DNA of 63,201 nt, filler included, from Aduncisulcus paluster (lineage: Eukaryota): assembly GCA_024181965.1 (NCBI GenBank). It is 19 parts of 19 records of this genome, joined end to end, with 100 filler letters (N's around TTAATTAATTAA, not from the genome) between each part and the next. Parts side by side here need not be neighbours in the genome. Positions count along the whole stretch, not along the records: positions 35,577 to 48,923 come from BQXS01012036.1; 18 more parts are not named here. The stretch is one strand, 5' to 3'. Positions 36,177 through 49,023 of the stretch are shown here, in pieces. A model generated the notes under the pieces. It searched no databases. It was given only the letters and a program-made list of their open reading frames with translations, and had not been told where the DNA came from. Numbering within the stretch: the first letter of the stretch is position 1; each line of letters opens with the position of its first letter. Position numbers and translations under genes: made by a program.

Positions 36177-36448
36177 TTGATAACGACAAAACGCACATTC
36201 ACAAACTCCTATTGTTTGCATCATTAAAAGGGAATAAAACGTCCATTCTTTTATTGATTTCTTGTTTTTATTTGTGATTATCATTTTTTTATTCCTCAAT
36301 TACTTTTCTATCATTCTTGATGAACTGTTAATCATTTACATCCAGAGAATGACGTATAATTCAAATGAAACTTTATTATTATGAGTTATCAATAGTTAGT
36401 GTGCATTTATTACGTTATAATATCTCTAAAATAATAACAGGATTTGCA

Positions 36449-37366
36449 TTATTTCACAAAATTGATATCTGGATTTTGATTCACAAAAGCTGTATTAGAA
36501 TTTGAAGTTTCACGAATTGCCTCAAGTCTTAAATATTCTAAAGCTAATTTATCTTTGTCTGGATCTGATAACATCGCCAATATCTTTTTATATCTCTCAA
36601 CGTATTTATAACTAACAATCGCACTTCTGTATACGCCTACATTCGTGTCCATGATGTCAATAAGTCCTTCTGTTTGAGCATCGATAATAGCTTGGGTTTT
36701 GTAAATCTCAGCATTTGAAACTAGAGTCTGATTTTCTTGAAGAATGAGATTGGATCTTTCTTCCTCATTTGTTTTTTCCTGATCAATTGTTTGTTCTTCG
36801 GCCTTAGAAGCTTCAAAATCAGCGGGCATATCAATTCCGATCATATTCACTTCTTCGACTAAAATATATGATTGAGCAAGTTTATCACGAAGATCATCTC
36901 TTAAGTCTCCGCCAATAATAAACATCTCGTCAAAGAAATCACTTGCAGAATATTGAACCGAAGAATTAATCACTGTTGAAATCATAATATTTTTTATAGA
37001 AGTGTTATAATCCTCCAAAAAAAGTGAATAAAATTCATACGCATACACGGAATCTATAGTATACTGAATAGTTAAATCCAAATCTATCCACACTCCATCA
37101 GAAGATCTAATTCTAATGGTATTTTTGCCCTCAAAATCCATAGACTGGGATGTAATAGGAATTTCAATAAATTTGCAGGTCGGACCAATAAAATGAATTC
37201 CAGCTGTATAAACATCCTCTGAAATATTTTTAGTGAAGGAATTCCGCACGAGACCCACATGGCTGAAATCAACTCTTCCAAAACTAAAGCAAAAAAAGAA
37301 AAGGAGGATAATAAGATAAATACCGACTATAATTAGAAGCCCGCCCCCAACTTCAGATATCGACAT
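36449..37366 (-). CDS. SPFH/band-7 (prohibitin-like) membrane protein
   Basis: N-terminal TM helix, GIHFIGP, RSSDG..IDLDLTIQY and C-terminal coiled coil. Confidence 0.82.
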   Translation of the reverse strand: MSISEVGGGLLIIVGIYLIILLFFFCFSFGRVDFSHVGLVRNSFTKNISEDVYTAGIHFIGPTCKFIEIPITSQSMDFEGKNTIRIRSSDGVWIDLDLTIQYTIDSVYAYEFYSLFLEDYNTSIKNIMISTVINSSVQYSASDFFDEMFIIGGDLRDDLRDKLAQSYILVEEVNMIGIDMPADFEASKAEEQTIDQEKTNEEERSNLILQENQTLVSNAEIYKTQAIIDAQTEGLIDIMDTNVGVYRSAIVSYKYVERYKKILAMLSDPDKDKLALEYLRLEAIRETSNSNTAFVNQNPDINFVK

Positions 37367-37623
37367 ATTGACTTGTTACGAGAAGAAGGTTTTATTTTTG
37401 CAAATGTGCGTGAAATTGACAATATTGACATAAAATAAATAAAAATATCGATGTTTAACGATTTATATCGTAATATATTTTTTATTTCAATCTCAAACGA
37501 AAATTTTAATCACTAGGATTTAAATACCGAAAAAATACCAGTGAAGAACGCATATCACCTATTGACATGACAGATTGGGTATATATATGTTTGTAAAAGA
37601 CGAATTATTGTTCAATATTATGG

Positions 37624-38757
37624 TTATAACGCAAGTTGTACAACATCTAAGTCTTCCCTTACTCCCTCTGCCAAGACGGAATCGGGCAACGGAATCAAAA
37701 GTTTTCTAACGATTTTGATGGATTCTGAACCAGCAATTTCAACAACAAGCTCGAATGAGGAAACTTTTAAATCCTCTGAGTATCCAATGGAAAGAATGTG
37801 AATATATGTTTTGGAATCTTCAACATGAACTTTAGATCTGACAATTGCATTGCATTCTACGAGGGAATCGAGAACAAATGGAATAGAGGTCAATTGAAGA
37901 GGATTTGAATCTTTCTTTTCTTCATCCTTGGCAAGGGAAGCTTGAGCGAGGTACAATAATTGTCCTTTTCCATGTCCAACCAACACTATGGAAGAATCGG
38001 AACACTGAACAATTTTGGATGGCATGTCGTCGATAACAATGCTGGCAATAGGAAGGGGTGAAAAAGTATCGGATTGACGTTCAATATCACTAAGATCAAA
38101 CACATTAAGACATCCAGAAGAATCAAGAGAGAATATATATTTATCGGTAGTAACCATCTCAGCGATGCCGTAATCGTGGCCTTGGAAGAAGGATATTATA
38201 TTGAAAGTATCAGGAAACGAATGAAGACGAATAGCGCCTTGTTTGTCGGCTGTATATATACCATTTGGGGTTAGATTAGCATAGGATACAGTTCCAATGT
38301 GACCAAGAAGACATCTCGCTTTATCGCCTTCTCTTTTATCTATTTCATCAAATACATACAAAGTTCCAAATCGGTCACCAACAATAACACTAGATGTTGT
38401 TGGAATTCCACGACTTTCGTATTGCTTACGGAGACCCGCTGTAAAAGGCTGATCAAATGGGATAAATTGTACTGATACGGCTTTTCTATCCAATTTACGC
38501 TGATAAATTAAATTAGGCTTCCCAATCTCAGCATCTTTTACATCAAAGTGGTAAACGTAAAGAACTTTTGAAATTGTAGTAAAAGCAACATTAATAAACT
38601 CACTACTACTAATAATATCGAGTCCTATTATAATTGACGGAGACTTTAAAATAATTTGGGCGGCAGAAAAATCAAGTGATGACTTGCAAACATGAGCTCC
38701 ACTAACAAAATAAATGGAATTGTTATGTTCAATGATGTAATTTGGAGACAATTTCAT
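37624..38757 (-). CDS. TRM82: WD40 non-catalytic subunit of tRNA m7G46 methyltransferase (Trm82/WDR4)
   Basis: VGDRFGTLY, LLGH and TADKQGAIRLHSFPDTFNIISFFQGH ~ ADKFGDVY, LLGH and TADRDEKIRVS..P...IESFCLGH. Confidence 0.75.
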   Translation of the reverse strand: MKLSPNYIIEHNNSIYFVSGAHVCKSSLDFSAAQIILKSPSIIIGLDIISSSEFINVAFTTISKVLYVYHFDVKDAEIGKPNLIYQRKLDRKAVSVQFIPFDQPFTAGLRKQYESRGIPTTSSVIVGDRFGTLYVFDEIDKREGDKARCLLGHIGTVSYANLTPNGIYTADKQGAIRLHSFPDTFNIISFFQGHDYGIAEMVTTDKYIFSLDSSGCLNVFDLSDIERQSDTFSPLPIASIVIDDMPSKIVQCSDSSIVLVGHGKGQLLYLAQASLAKDEEKKDSNPLQLTSIPFVLDSLVECNAIVRSKVHVEDSKTYIHILSIGYSEDLKVSSFELVVEIAGSESIKIVRKLLIPLPDSVLAEGVREDLDVVQLAL

Positions 38758-39483
38758 AATACTCAGAAGTNNNNNNNNNNNNNNNNNNNNATATCGAGTC
38801 CTATTATAATTGACGGAGACTTTAAAATAATTTGGGCGGCAGAAAAATCAAGTGATGACTTGCAAACATGAGCTCCACTAACAAAATAAATGGAATTGTT
38901 ATGTTCAATGATGTAATTTGGAGACAATTTCATAATACTCAGAAGTTAATGACAGCCAAATCAAGAAAAAAAGATGGGCTCATCCAGGATATGGAAAATA
39001 ATAAATTCAGCAACGAATAAGGGAACCAAGCAGGTATTAATTAGGAAAAAATATGCATTTTTTGGTGTATCTACCAACCATCGGCGGAAACACGCCGGCA
39101 ACATCGATATTATTATATCTCCTTAGAAAATAAGTTTATACTATAGTAATAATAGTTTATGGAATTTTACTATCATTTAACAAAATAAACTATGATTGTT
39201 CAAACATTTATTCAAAAGTTCAAAAAAATAAAAGAGAAACGTTGATTGACGTGGAAAGAGATTAGATTTTCTTTTTATTTTGGGTTGTTCTGCATTTTAT
39301 CTAAACTTTTTCGCTTCTTAGCCCATCGGTTTATTATTTTCTTTTTTATAGAATCACATATATTTCTATCGGGGTTATCGAAGTAATTGACAAATTATTC
39401 GAACTAATTATTGTCAATCTTTTGCTTTAGATATTGCTTTATATTGTGATACAACTTTATATACTGTATAATTAATTCATAGT

Positions 39484-42400
39484 ATGCTCTCATCAAAATC
39501 TCAATCTAGCATTACAGGTACATCAACCGACTTTGGAAAGAGTGATAGTACATCTATTTCCTTCTCCTCATCTTTATTTTCAATTGAATCTAACTCTTCT
39601 CTCTCAAATTCTACTTCTGGAATTCCCATACGTCATGTTCTTCTTTTAAAAATTATCAATATTTTTCTTGCAATTAGTTTCCATCCTCATCCGATCATTG
39701 CGTTTATTTCCCGTATTTATATGATGTTACAACTTGGATTCATTGTGATTCCACCTTCTTTTCTTCCTTCGTCCTCTATCATTTCTTTTTTATCCCTTTG
39801 GAAAAATGATTTTGGAATTATTTTCTTTGAAATTACATTTTTCGTTGTATTTTTCGCATTTGCTGCTAAATTTATTTTCTTGTCTTATGATTTTTTCTTG
39901 AAAACTTATCAACGGCGTTTCTTTATGTTTTTACGTTCATCTATCGGTTTGATTGACTGGCTATTGTCTTCAATCTTTCTAGTTCCAATGTCTTCCATTG
40001 CTTTTCATGCGGCAATGTGTTTTATCGTTCCAATTCCTTCTTTTTCCAATCTTTCTCAAGCTATTTTAATCATTTTATCGATTCAGGGGTATATTTTGGT
40101 GTTAATATTATTCATTCAGTCCTTTTTTGTTGGATATTTTGGAGCAAGAAGGCGATATAATATTATTAAGCCTCCAAATGGTATAAAAAGTATTGGAGTG
40201 AAGAAGAAAAACTCTAAAATTGATGACAAAACTCAGAAAAAGAAATCTCGAATATCAGATCGAAAAAATAAGAAATATAAAAGACAAGGTTTCGATATTG
40301 AGAAATTTGCTAATTTGGGTTCTTCTACCTCACAACCTTCATTTTCTCATGTTGCTCAAAAGGAGAAAAAGAACTCATCTTTGTCACGTGTTCAGCAAAT
40401 GGAATACAGCTCCGTTACTAAATCGACTTATAAAAGCAGTAATGTCAATATCTCCAACAAATCGCCGAATAGCAAATCACCTTATTCCGATCAAGATACT
40501 GATTCCAGTGGAGCAGACGGTTCTTCCTCCACCGCATTGTCCTCCTCTTTTTCCTCCCCTTCTGCTAATGGTACATTGTCAAGCACTGCAACTTCCAATA
40601 GTGCTGGTCCACATTCTGTTCATTCTTCTTCGCATTCTCTTCATGATGGGAGTCAATCTGCGGGTCATATAAATCCATTTCAAATGTCTTATCTCGACTC
40701 TGCTTCGGATAATTCCATCCAGGATAGATTATCTAGTCGATCTGAGAGCACCAAATCATCTGTATCAGATAAAGCCCTTGTTCATGATGATCGAGATTCT
40801 AATCATTTCTTTTCATCTATTCGACCATTATTAAACTCTTACTCTCTCCAATCCGCTGTTATTGGTAAGCCTCGTTCCTCTGTTTTTGACTCTCCAATCG
40901 GATATGGCCTGGACGAAATCTCTGATCGTAGTCGTCTATCTGAGATCGGTGAAGACGAAGAGAAGGATACAGACGAAGATCCTGATGGTGGATATAATTA
41001 TCATAGGTCAGAGTTATCTGATGAAATTCGAATGACACCCGAACTTGTGTTAACCACACATTCTTCAGGGTTGGTAGATGGTTTCCTTGAGAATCAAAGC
41101 CATGATAGTTCACCAGGTAGTGATAAAATTCTTGGGATGGCTTCTACCACTATTCAAAGCGATTCTTTGAATCCAATCCATCATTTTTCTGTGAAAGAAG
41201 AAGAGGAAGAAGAAGAGGAAGAGAAGGAAAGCAAGTCTACATTGATGAGCATGAAAGCTGACATAAGACACGCACTCGGCAAGATTGATGAAGCCAAAAA
41301 GATCAGAGAAATGAAGCGAAGGAAAAGAGAGAAGAAGAAGAAGAAAGATAAAAGGAAGAAGAAATTGTTGGAAATATCTTCAAAAACAAATGAGAGGCCA
41401 ATATCAACTTCTGGTGACGACCTTAGCGATAAATCACAATATTCAGATTTGAGGAGGAATAGCATTTCTAAAAATAGAAAAGGAATTGAGCAATCGGTAT
41501 CTTTCGTGACAACTAACAATACTTTAAGTTCTTCTGCTGTTCCATTTCATAAGACTCTCCCAAAGTCAGCTTCTGCTGCTATCACCCCAATGATGTCAAG
41601 GTCAGGTTCTCTTGAAACTTTCAACCCCCTATCAAATGTAAGTCTTTTGAGTCCATATTTCTCATCAATTGTGAGTAATTTTAAGGCATTGACATATAGA
41701 TTATCGAATATCCTTGGTGATACTGTTGTTAGTGGCGTGTACTGTGGTTTGTTTCAAATTATTGTAATTTCGATTGTTTGTGTCAGGGTGGTGGGTGAAA
41801 CTTGGGATTTATCCTTTATTTTGACTATCAATTCGATTCTTTTGGGGATTTTGTGCATGGTTTTCTATGTTTATCCATCATATGTTGGAATTCCTCAACA
41901 GATTGTGGCTTCCTGTACTCTTGGCATCTTGTGTGGTAATACCCTTGGTCTAATTCTTGGTATTTATTGTTTTCCATTCCTTTCTTTTGATCATTCAAAC
42001 TTTTGGTTATTTACTTTCTTCTCCCATTCGCTGGCACAATATAGAGCTATTCCTGCAATCATGGGTATTTGTGTCATTGTTCTTTGCATCTTTTTTTCTT
42101 TTTTAACATATATAATATTCAGAGTTTTGCCCTGGAAAAGCACAAAAATGAGATTAGAATTGTTGTGCACGAACGATGATTCTATCAGGGATAAGAATTT
42201 CACGGAAGTGGCTTCTGTTCGATTCTCCAAAGAAATTGTTGGCCTTAAAGGAATAGATATTAATACAAAACTTAACAAGAATATGATAGCAAATCCAAAT
42301 AATAATAACAACAGTAATAGATTGAAAGCTGGTTTACCAATCACAAACTCTAACACGTTATCTCCCTCAAAAAGAAAGAAAAGAAAGAAGGTAGCAAATG

Positions 42401-45400
42401 TGGCTTCGGGGGAGCATAGTTCCATTTTTAGAAAACTGAGAAGGTCCAGTGATGGTGTAGATCCTAAATCAATTGTAGTACACGGATCACCGGGAACTTT
42501 AAAACCATCTCCAACAACGCTTCCTTCCATTTCTCACCTTGAAAAAGCAGAAGAAGAAGAAGAAGAAGTAGAAGAGGTGGATCGAGTGGAAGAAGCTGGA
42601 AATCATCTTGAAGAGATCGATGAGGATATTGTTAGTACTCAGCCAACTGATTCTGGCTATTCCTACATATCTAAATCATATCCTGGGCTTGAGTTCAACT
42701 CTCCTATTCACACATTGATGGATGTTCGCGAAGAAGATGATCACAATACCTTGCCTGATATACCTTCTGCTTCCTCCGAGTCCCCTGTTGATCTCTATCC
42801 GCTAGGATCTTTGAACTTTAGTGGTGCGTTGAGTGAAAGAAGCGAATCCCACAACCTCTCGAATCAGGACCAAGAAGGGGATGCTACGGTTATTCCTGGT
42901 GAAGAAAGGATACAACGACCTGAGGAGGAGTTCAATGGTTATTTGATGGATCTTGACCATATGTCGTCTGAAGGTGAACTCTCTTCTATTCACCCGGAAT
43001 CTGAGTCTGAACATACGATTGACCTTGGAACATCTGCTATATTTCGGAATCATAAGAGTATTATGGAGATGATAAATCCCGTGCCACTCGAGGAGGATGG
43101 TCTGAGTTCAATGGAATCTCCCCGAGTTATCCTTGCCGAAACAACCCTTGAGTCGGAATCAAATGCGATGGTCCAGCCTGAATCAATCATTGACTCCTCT
43201 CTGAAAGAAGAATCTCTCACAGGAGATGGGAGTTCGTCTCCTTCTGTACCTGGGGTTATTGATTCTTTTGCTCCTTTTAGTGCTCCTCCAAGTGCTTCTT
43301 ATGACTCTGTGCCATTGAGTTCGCATGATTCTCATTCCTTCGAAAGTTCCCTCGATTTGGCTGGGAAACCTCATCTCCTTGAAACTATTAGTCACGATGA
43401 ACAATCATACAACCCTACGACGAGCTGCAGTATCGAAGGGTCTGAATATGCGGCTTTTCGAGGAAGTCAAGATATGGAAAGATCTTACAGCAGCGAGGAA
43501 GACAAGAACTTTGGAAAGATGAGAGAATTGATCAACTTGAATACTATGATTCACACAATATCATCGGTTGGAGATGAAGCATATGGACGGTCAACTCACA
43601 GTTATGGAAAAGGAAGGCACAATGCGTTGTCAAGCTCTGAGAACATTAGTGAAGAGCAAGAAGGCCAAGGAACGCAGCACGGAAGTCACGGAAGTCACGG
43701 ATATTCTTTCCAGCAGTCGACTTCTTCCTCTACCAATCCCTCGAATCGTTCTATACCAAAGTTGAATTTCTCTACTATTGCAAGGCCCTTGTCGATATTA
43801 AAACCTTTGGAAAAGAAGATGGATTATGATAAAACGTCCATTCAGAAAGACAAAGATATACAATCTTTGTCTCATCTCGATGAGTCCACTTCCCTAACAC
43901 CGATTGAATTTCCTCATTCTATATTTAGCCAAGATGTTCTTCCCAAGCCCGGTGTGAAGTGTGATGGCAGCGATGGTAAGTTCTCCCCAACACTCCCTGA
44001 TTCGACTCCGAGAAATGAAGAAACCTCCACTTCATATAACAGTCATGAAAGAATCGTAAACCAACAAGAACCAGTAGAATCGAATGCTGCTGTTCAAATC
44101 CCACCTCCATTGTTATATGAGACGAACAATCTGTCCTCTCACCAGTCAACTGGAAGCCAAGGACAAGGAATACAACACTCTTCAACTGCTGTTTACTCAT
44201 ATTCTCCCCATGGAACGAAACACTGGTCTTCATATCCCTATTCGGATCAAGATAATGAGAATAATTCCCCTCATATTGTTGAGGAACATATCTATCCTTC
44301 ATCTTCCCCACTCGCCGGGTTTAGTATGAATCTAGGAAAGAATAATTTTGAGGATATATTTTGTTGTAAATATAGATATTACGTTGAGAAGAACTTGAGA
44401 AAGAACAAATCTATTTTAGATCACTATGCTGCTAACGATGAGTGGATGAATGTTGATAAGAATAAGAAGAAGGCCGAGAAATTGAAGAGGAGAATGGACA
44501 AGTTGAGAAATTGCAAAAAACCAGTATTTCCTCATGCAGATTTCTTTCATTTGTCGATTGTTCCAATTTTATTACGGTTACGAGATCTGTCCCTCAAAAA
44601 TTCTATTCTTATGAACATTTCTATCCACGAGCAACATGAATACGATTCACTTGAGTTGATTATTAATTCATTCTTCAATCTTATGCCTATAATGTTTAGT
44701 GAAAATCCAAATATCTTGTGTCTCCAAGCTTTGTTTTCTATGGACTTCTCTCCCCAAAGATTACTTTTTGTCCTTAAAAAGGTTGAGAATACCGTTTTGA
44801 ATTCTTTTTCCAACGATCAGATACCCATGGCAGAATTTCATCATACCTCGACGGGACAGCTCTCTAGCGGTCGATCAAGTGCTAACCTTTCATCCCGTAC
44901 TGCCTCTCTCTCAGATTTATCTTCCGTCAAGTCAGGACTTGGGGGAGGGAAATACTTTATGAATTATTATAATATGCAGTCACATCGAACGGGAATTCCA
45001 AGTCAAGAGCGATATTCAGACATTTATACCGTTCTTATGCCACAAGCTATGCATGAATATCGATATTTTGTGTCGAAATGTGTGAATGAGATTACTTTAC
45101 AGGGATCAACACGTGGAAGCANNNNNNNNNNNNNNNNNNNNAAATACTTTATGAATTATTATAATATGCAGTCACATCGAACGGGAATTCCAAGTCAAGA
45201 GCGATATTCAGACATTTATACCGTTCTTATGCCACAAGCTATGCATGAATATCGATATTTTGTGTCGAAATGTGTGAATGAGATTACTTTACAGGGATCA
45301 ACACGTGGAAGCACCAAAAAGAAACGAACTATTGCCTGGAGACGAATCAATAGCTACCTGAAGCAATTGAGTCATTCTTTTGTACAATTCTGGAAGATAT

Positions 45401-48400
45401 TGAAGGATTATTCAACAAGGATCCATAACACGCAAGAACATATTAATACAGAAATACGATATATTGATAATTTGCAAACGCAACTTAACTACCAAACAAA
45501 ATTCAAGGATGATCTATTACAATCTCGAATTGAGGTTTTATCAGCTCGCTCTCCTGAAAACTCAAAGAGCGATCACTTTATTTTTCCTTCCTTGCAACGT
45601 CATCAAGGTCTTCAGGGTGATGAAGAAGCTGATTCGCTTGTTCATGAAGAAGAAAAAGACTCGATTCGTGGTGAAGATCGAGAATTTTCTGATATTTATG
45701 AAGATCACATTCACAGTGGTCTCTCTGAGGGTTCCGAACATTTGTCCAATAGTAATTCAATCGAACATCAAATGATGGAGGCTCGGGGGCATATTACAAG
45801 GATGGAAGAAGAATTATACGATATTCGAAAGGGTGCAATGCCTAAGCTATCTCAGAAACTCAAGGATATTCAGAAAGGAATCAGAGTTCTCGACCAAATG
45901 TATGAAATTCTGCTCCCTTCAGCTAATGTGAGTGTTTTAAGATCGTATGAGTTTTTTTGTAGATTTCTTGTAAAGGACCTAACAACTGCCAGACGTGCTA
46001 AGGAAGCTTCTGACGAGATCCTTGGTATTTCTAATGAATACGGTCCTGCAGGAAGCACTGCGACGTGTGATATGACTGCTCGGGGAGGTTGTGATGATGA
46101 TGCAAATAGATTTGCTCCCCCTGTTGGGTTGGGTGTTAACAATTCCATTCTAAACAATAATAATTATATTCGATCAATATCCACATCGGTGGAGGCCACA
46201 AAGAGTAGCGGATCGACTTCAACACGCAGAGAAGTTGACGTACAATTTGCAAAGAGTGTCTCTGTCGTTGGAAGAGATTCTCACCCAAATCCAACGGGAA
46301 CTACTTCTAAATTGCTTCAATCATGGAAGAAAAGTGAAGAAATGTTGACAAACACTCAGATCTCGAGTGCTTTAAGTTCATCGTCTCTGTCTAAGCTATC
46401 AACATTAAACACAACGGGTCAACAGACATCCTCAAGAGGAAAGGATAATAGCGTGATGTTCAGACTGAAAGATAATGACGATGAATCAAGTGTCAAGTCT
46501 TTCCAGCTGCAACGAAGGGCTTTCCATCGCGAAGTAAGCTATGCTGGGTCTGTTGGAAGTGCCATTGGATTCGGGATTGGTAATGATGCAATGGACAACC
46601 AGAAAATGATCTTTTTCAAGAGTAGGCCAACATCAAAGAAAATGTGGAGGATTATGTTTTCATTTGAAGATCAACTTGAGGAGTTTGTTGGAATTGACAT
46701 TGAAACTCTTGGTTTGAAATTGACTCATGGAGTTGTGGGATCAATGCGAAGTTTTGTCAAGTCAAAAATGGGAGTTTTGATGCCTTCTATTGGATGTCCA
46801 TTTTTCGGTATCTTGATTGTGTTCTTAATGGTTGTCTCCTTCTTATCGATCTCTTTGGTTAATTTGTCTGTCGCACACGTCAATGTAGAGTCGCTGATCC
46901 ACATGAACACCTCAATCATCAGCACCCATGAGTTAATCGTACAAATGCTGAACTTTCCGTTTGTAACGAGTATGTCCAGGCTTACTTCGGCTGCCCAAAG
47001 CATCATAAATGGGGTGCATTGTCTACTGTTTGAATGTGAAATAACCAGTAGCTCTGACAGATTGGGTTATATGCCAGATCTGACCTCTTCTTCCTCATCC
47101 GTCTCCAGTATTTCTGAAGTACAGGGCATTCTTGGGTCTTATGCTTCATTGTATACAGCTTTGATAACTGATAATGATGACTATTTATTGTCTTTTCCCT
47201 CTTATAATAATCTTAATGATCTGACTTCAATCACACCGATCGTGACCGATCTATTTTCGGATTCGGTGTTGAGGTATCAATATTCCTCATTTCCCACCCT
47301 TGCTGACCTTCCTGATGTGACTGAGGATGTTTTTGAGGAAGATCTTGACTCAATGTTCCAACCTATGCACTCGCAAGTGAATTATTCTTCTTCTTCCGGC
47401 GATTACAAGGTTGTTTTGATCCGTGGTGTTGAGTTTCTAGTTGACAAATATGGAAATTTGATAGATTTTGACTTTTCTGATCTTTCTTATGACGAAAACT
47501 TTTTTATGTTATCTTCTATTCGATATATCCATGAAATCGCCCGAGGTTTGGAGATATTCTCAAATGATTATGTCTTGTCTCCAAATTTATTATCAATTCA
47601 AACAAGATCCATTACCGCAACACAGAATGGAAATATATTTTCACTGATTCCAGATGCCTATGAGATTGTATCTGCTCGATCTTTCTTTATCAATCCTTCT
47701 TTTAAAGGTATATTGAAAACAACAACTAATTCATTGATACCAAATCTATATTCAATGTTAGATCATCGTGAAGAAGCTGTTTATGAGCATTTTAACTCGA
47801 TGAAACGACAATATTTGTTGATCGCTCTGGTTGTTATTGTTGGATGTGCATGTATTAACTTTGTATTCTTTGTATTTCCAATATCAAAGGTACAGATGAA
47901 TCTTGATCTTATGATGGGGAGTCTTTTGCATATTTCACCCAGAAATTTCTGTAAATTGGCAAAAAGGATGTCTAAGAATGCAAAGAAAATCAAGAAGAAA
48001 GGATTTCTGGAAAGAACCCCGTCCACGTCAGCTCCAACGTTGGCAGTTTCCAATTCAGCGAAAAAGAATCTGGGGAAAGCAGAGAGAAAGTATAATGGAG
48101 CTTCAAGAGGACATTCAACTTCTCAAACTCTTAATTCGGCCATCAATCAGCTTTCAAAGATACGAACTACGCAAGAGAATCATGAACAACACAAAGTTCC
48201 AAAAATAGATATTGAGAAACTGACTGGGTTTCGGGGTAGAATTGCTGGGGATCTTCTTACATACCATGAGAAAGATGGTTTGAGCGATACGTTTCGTTCG
48301 GACAGGAGGCGTTTTGGTCCTGTTCTCACTGCGTATAGTAACCCTGAACGATTTATGACTCCAAGCTTTACCCATATGTCTCTCGGACCTCAAGCACTTG

Positions 48401-48923
48401 TCGACATGTCCCACATATCCGCCAGAGACAATGGATCTCGTAATTCTAGAATTAAGGGGATACTTCGAAATGGAAGAGTCAGTGAAACCTCAAGCCCTCG
48501 TACACTCCGTGGGATTCAAGATCCCTCTCCTCGAGACTTGAATGACCAAAGTGACCGAGAAAGTGAAAGTGAGTTTGTTGGGGGTGAAATATCTCATGTC
48601 AAAGAAATTAGACTTGATTCCCAACATACTGCATCTGCAGAAATTGAAAGGTATAGAGTAAGTAGTAGTTCTCCCCAGTTTACCTCAATTCATGGAGATG
48701 TTAGCAAGAAACGTATTCACAACTTTACAAAGCCTTTCCCAAGTACCTTTGTGGTGAATCCTGTGAAGCAAGAAATTGACAGAATAATTATGAAAGGATA
48801 CAATAAGTTTGGTACTTTCTCCCCCACAACACATCCTCTTCAGACAACTCAAAGAGGGCCAGGTCTATCTCCTTCTCCCATAACTCTGCCTGTTCCGACA
48901 GCAAGTCTGTTGCGGTCCTCAAA
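39484..48923 (+). CDS. Giant multi-pass membrane protein, possibly TmcB/TmcC-like (3' truncated)
   Basis: Two N-terminal TM clusters separated by a Ser-rich loop, helical FWKIL...VLRSYEFFCRFLVKD...A segment, then a TM-ectodomain-TM unit. The ORF is certain; the family is tentative. Confidence 0.6.
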
Positions 48924-49023
48924 NNNNNNNNNNNNNNNNNNNNNNNNNNNNNNNNNNNNNNNNNNNNTTAATTAATTAANNNNNNNNNNNNNNNNNNNNN
49001 NNNNNNNNNNNNNNNNNNNNNNN

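Noticed and set aside
36177..36299. 41-aa N-terminal extension of EncFtn in the ORF track
   Set aside because: Starts at a non-ATG codon in AT-rich intergenic DNA; family homology begins at Met 36176. The in-frame MM upstream cannot be fully excluded.
35901..38757. EncFtn-SPFH-WD40 as a functional operon or encapsulin locus
   Set aside because: No encapsulin shell ORF is present, Trm82 is unrelated housekeeping, and co-orientation alone is not evidence.
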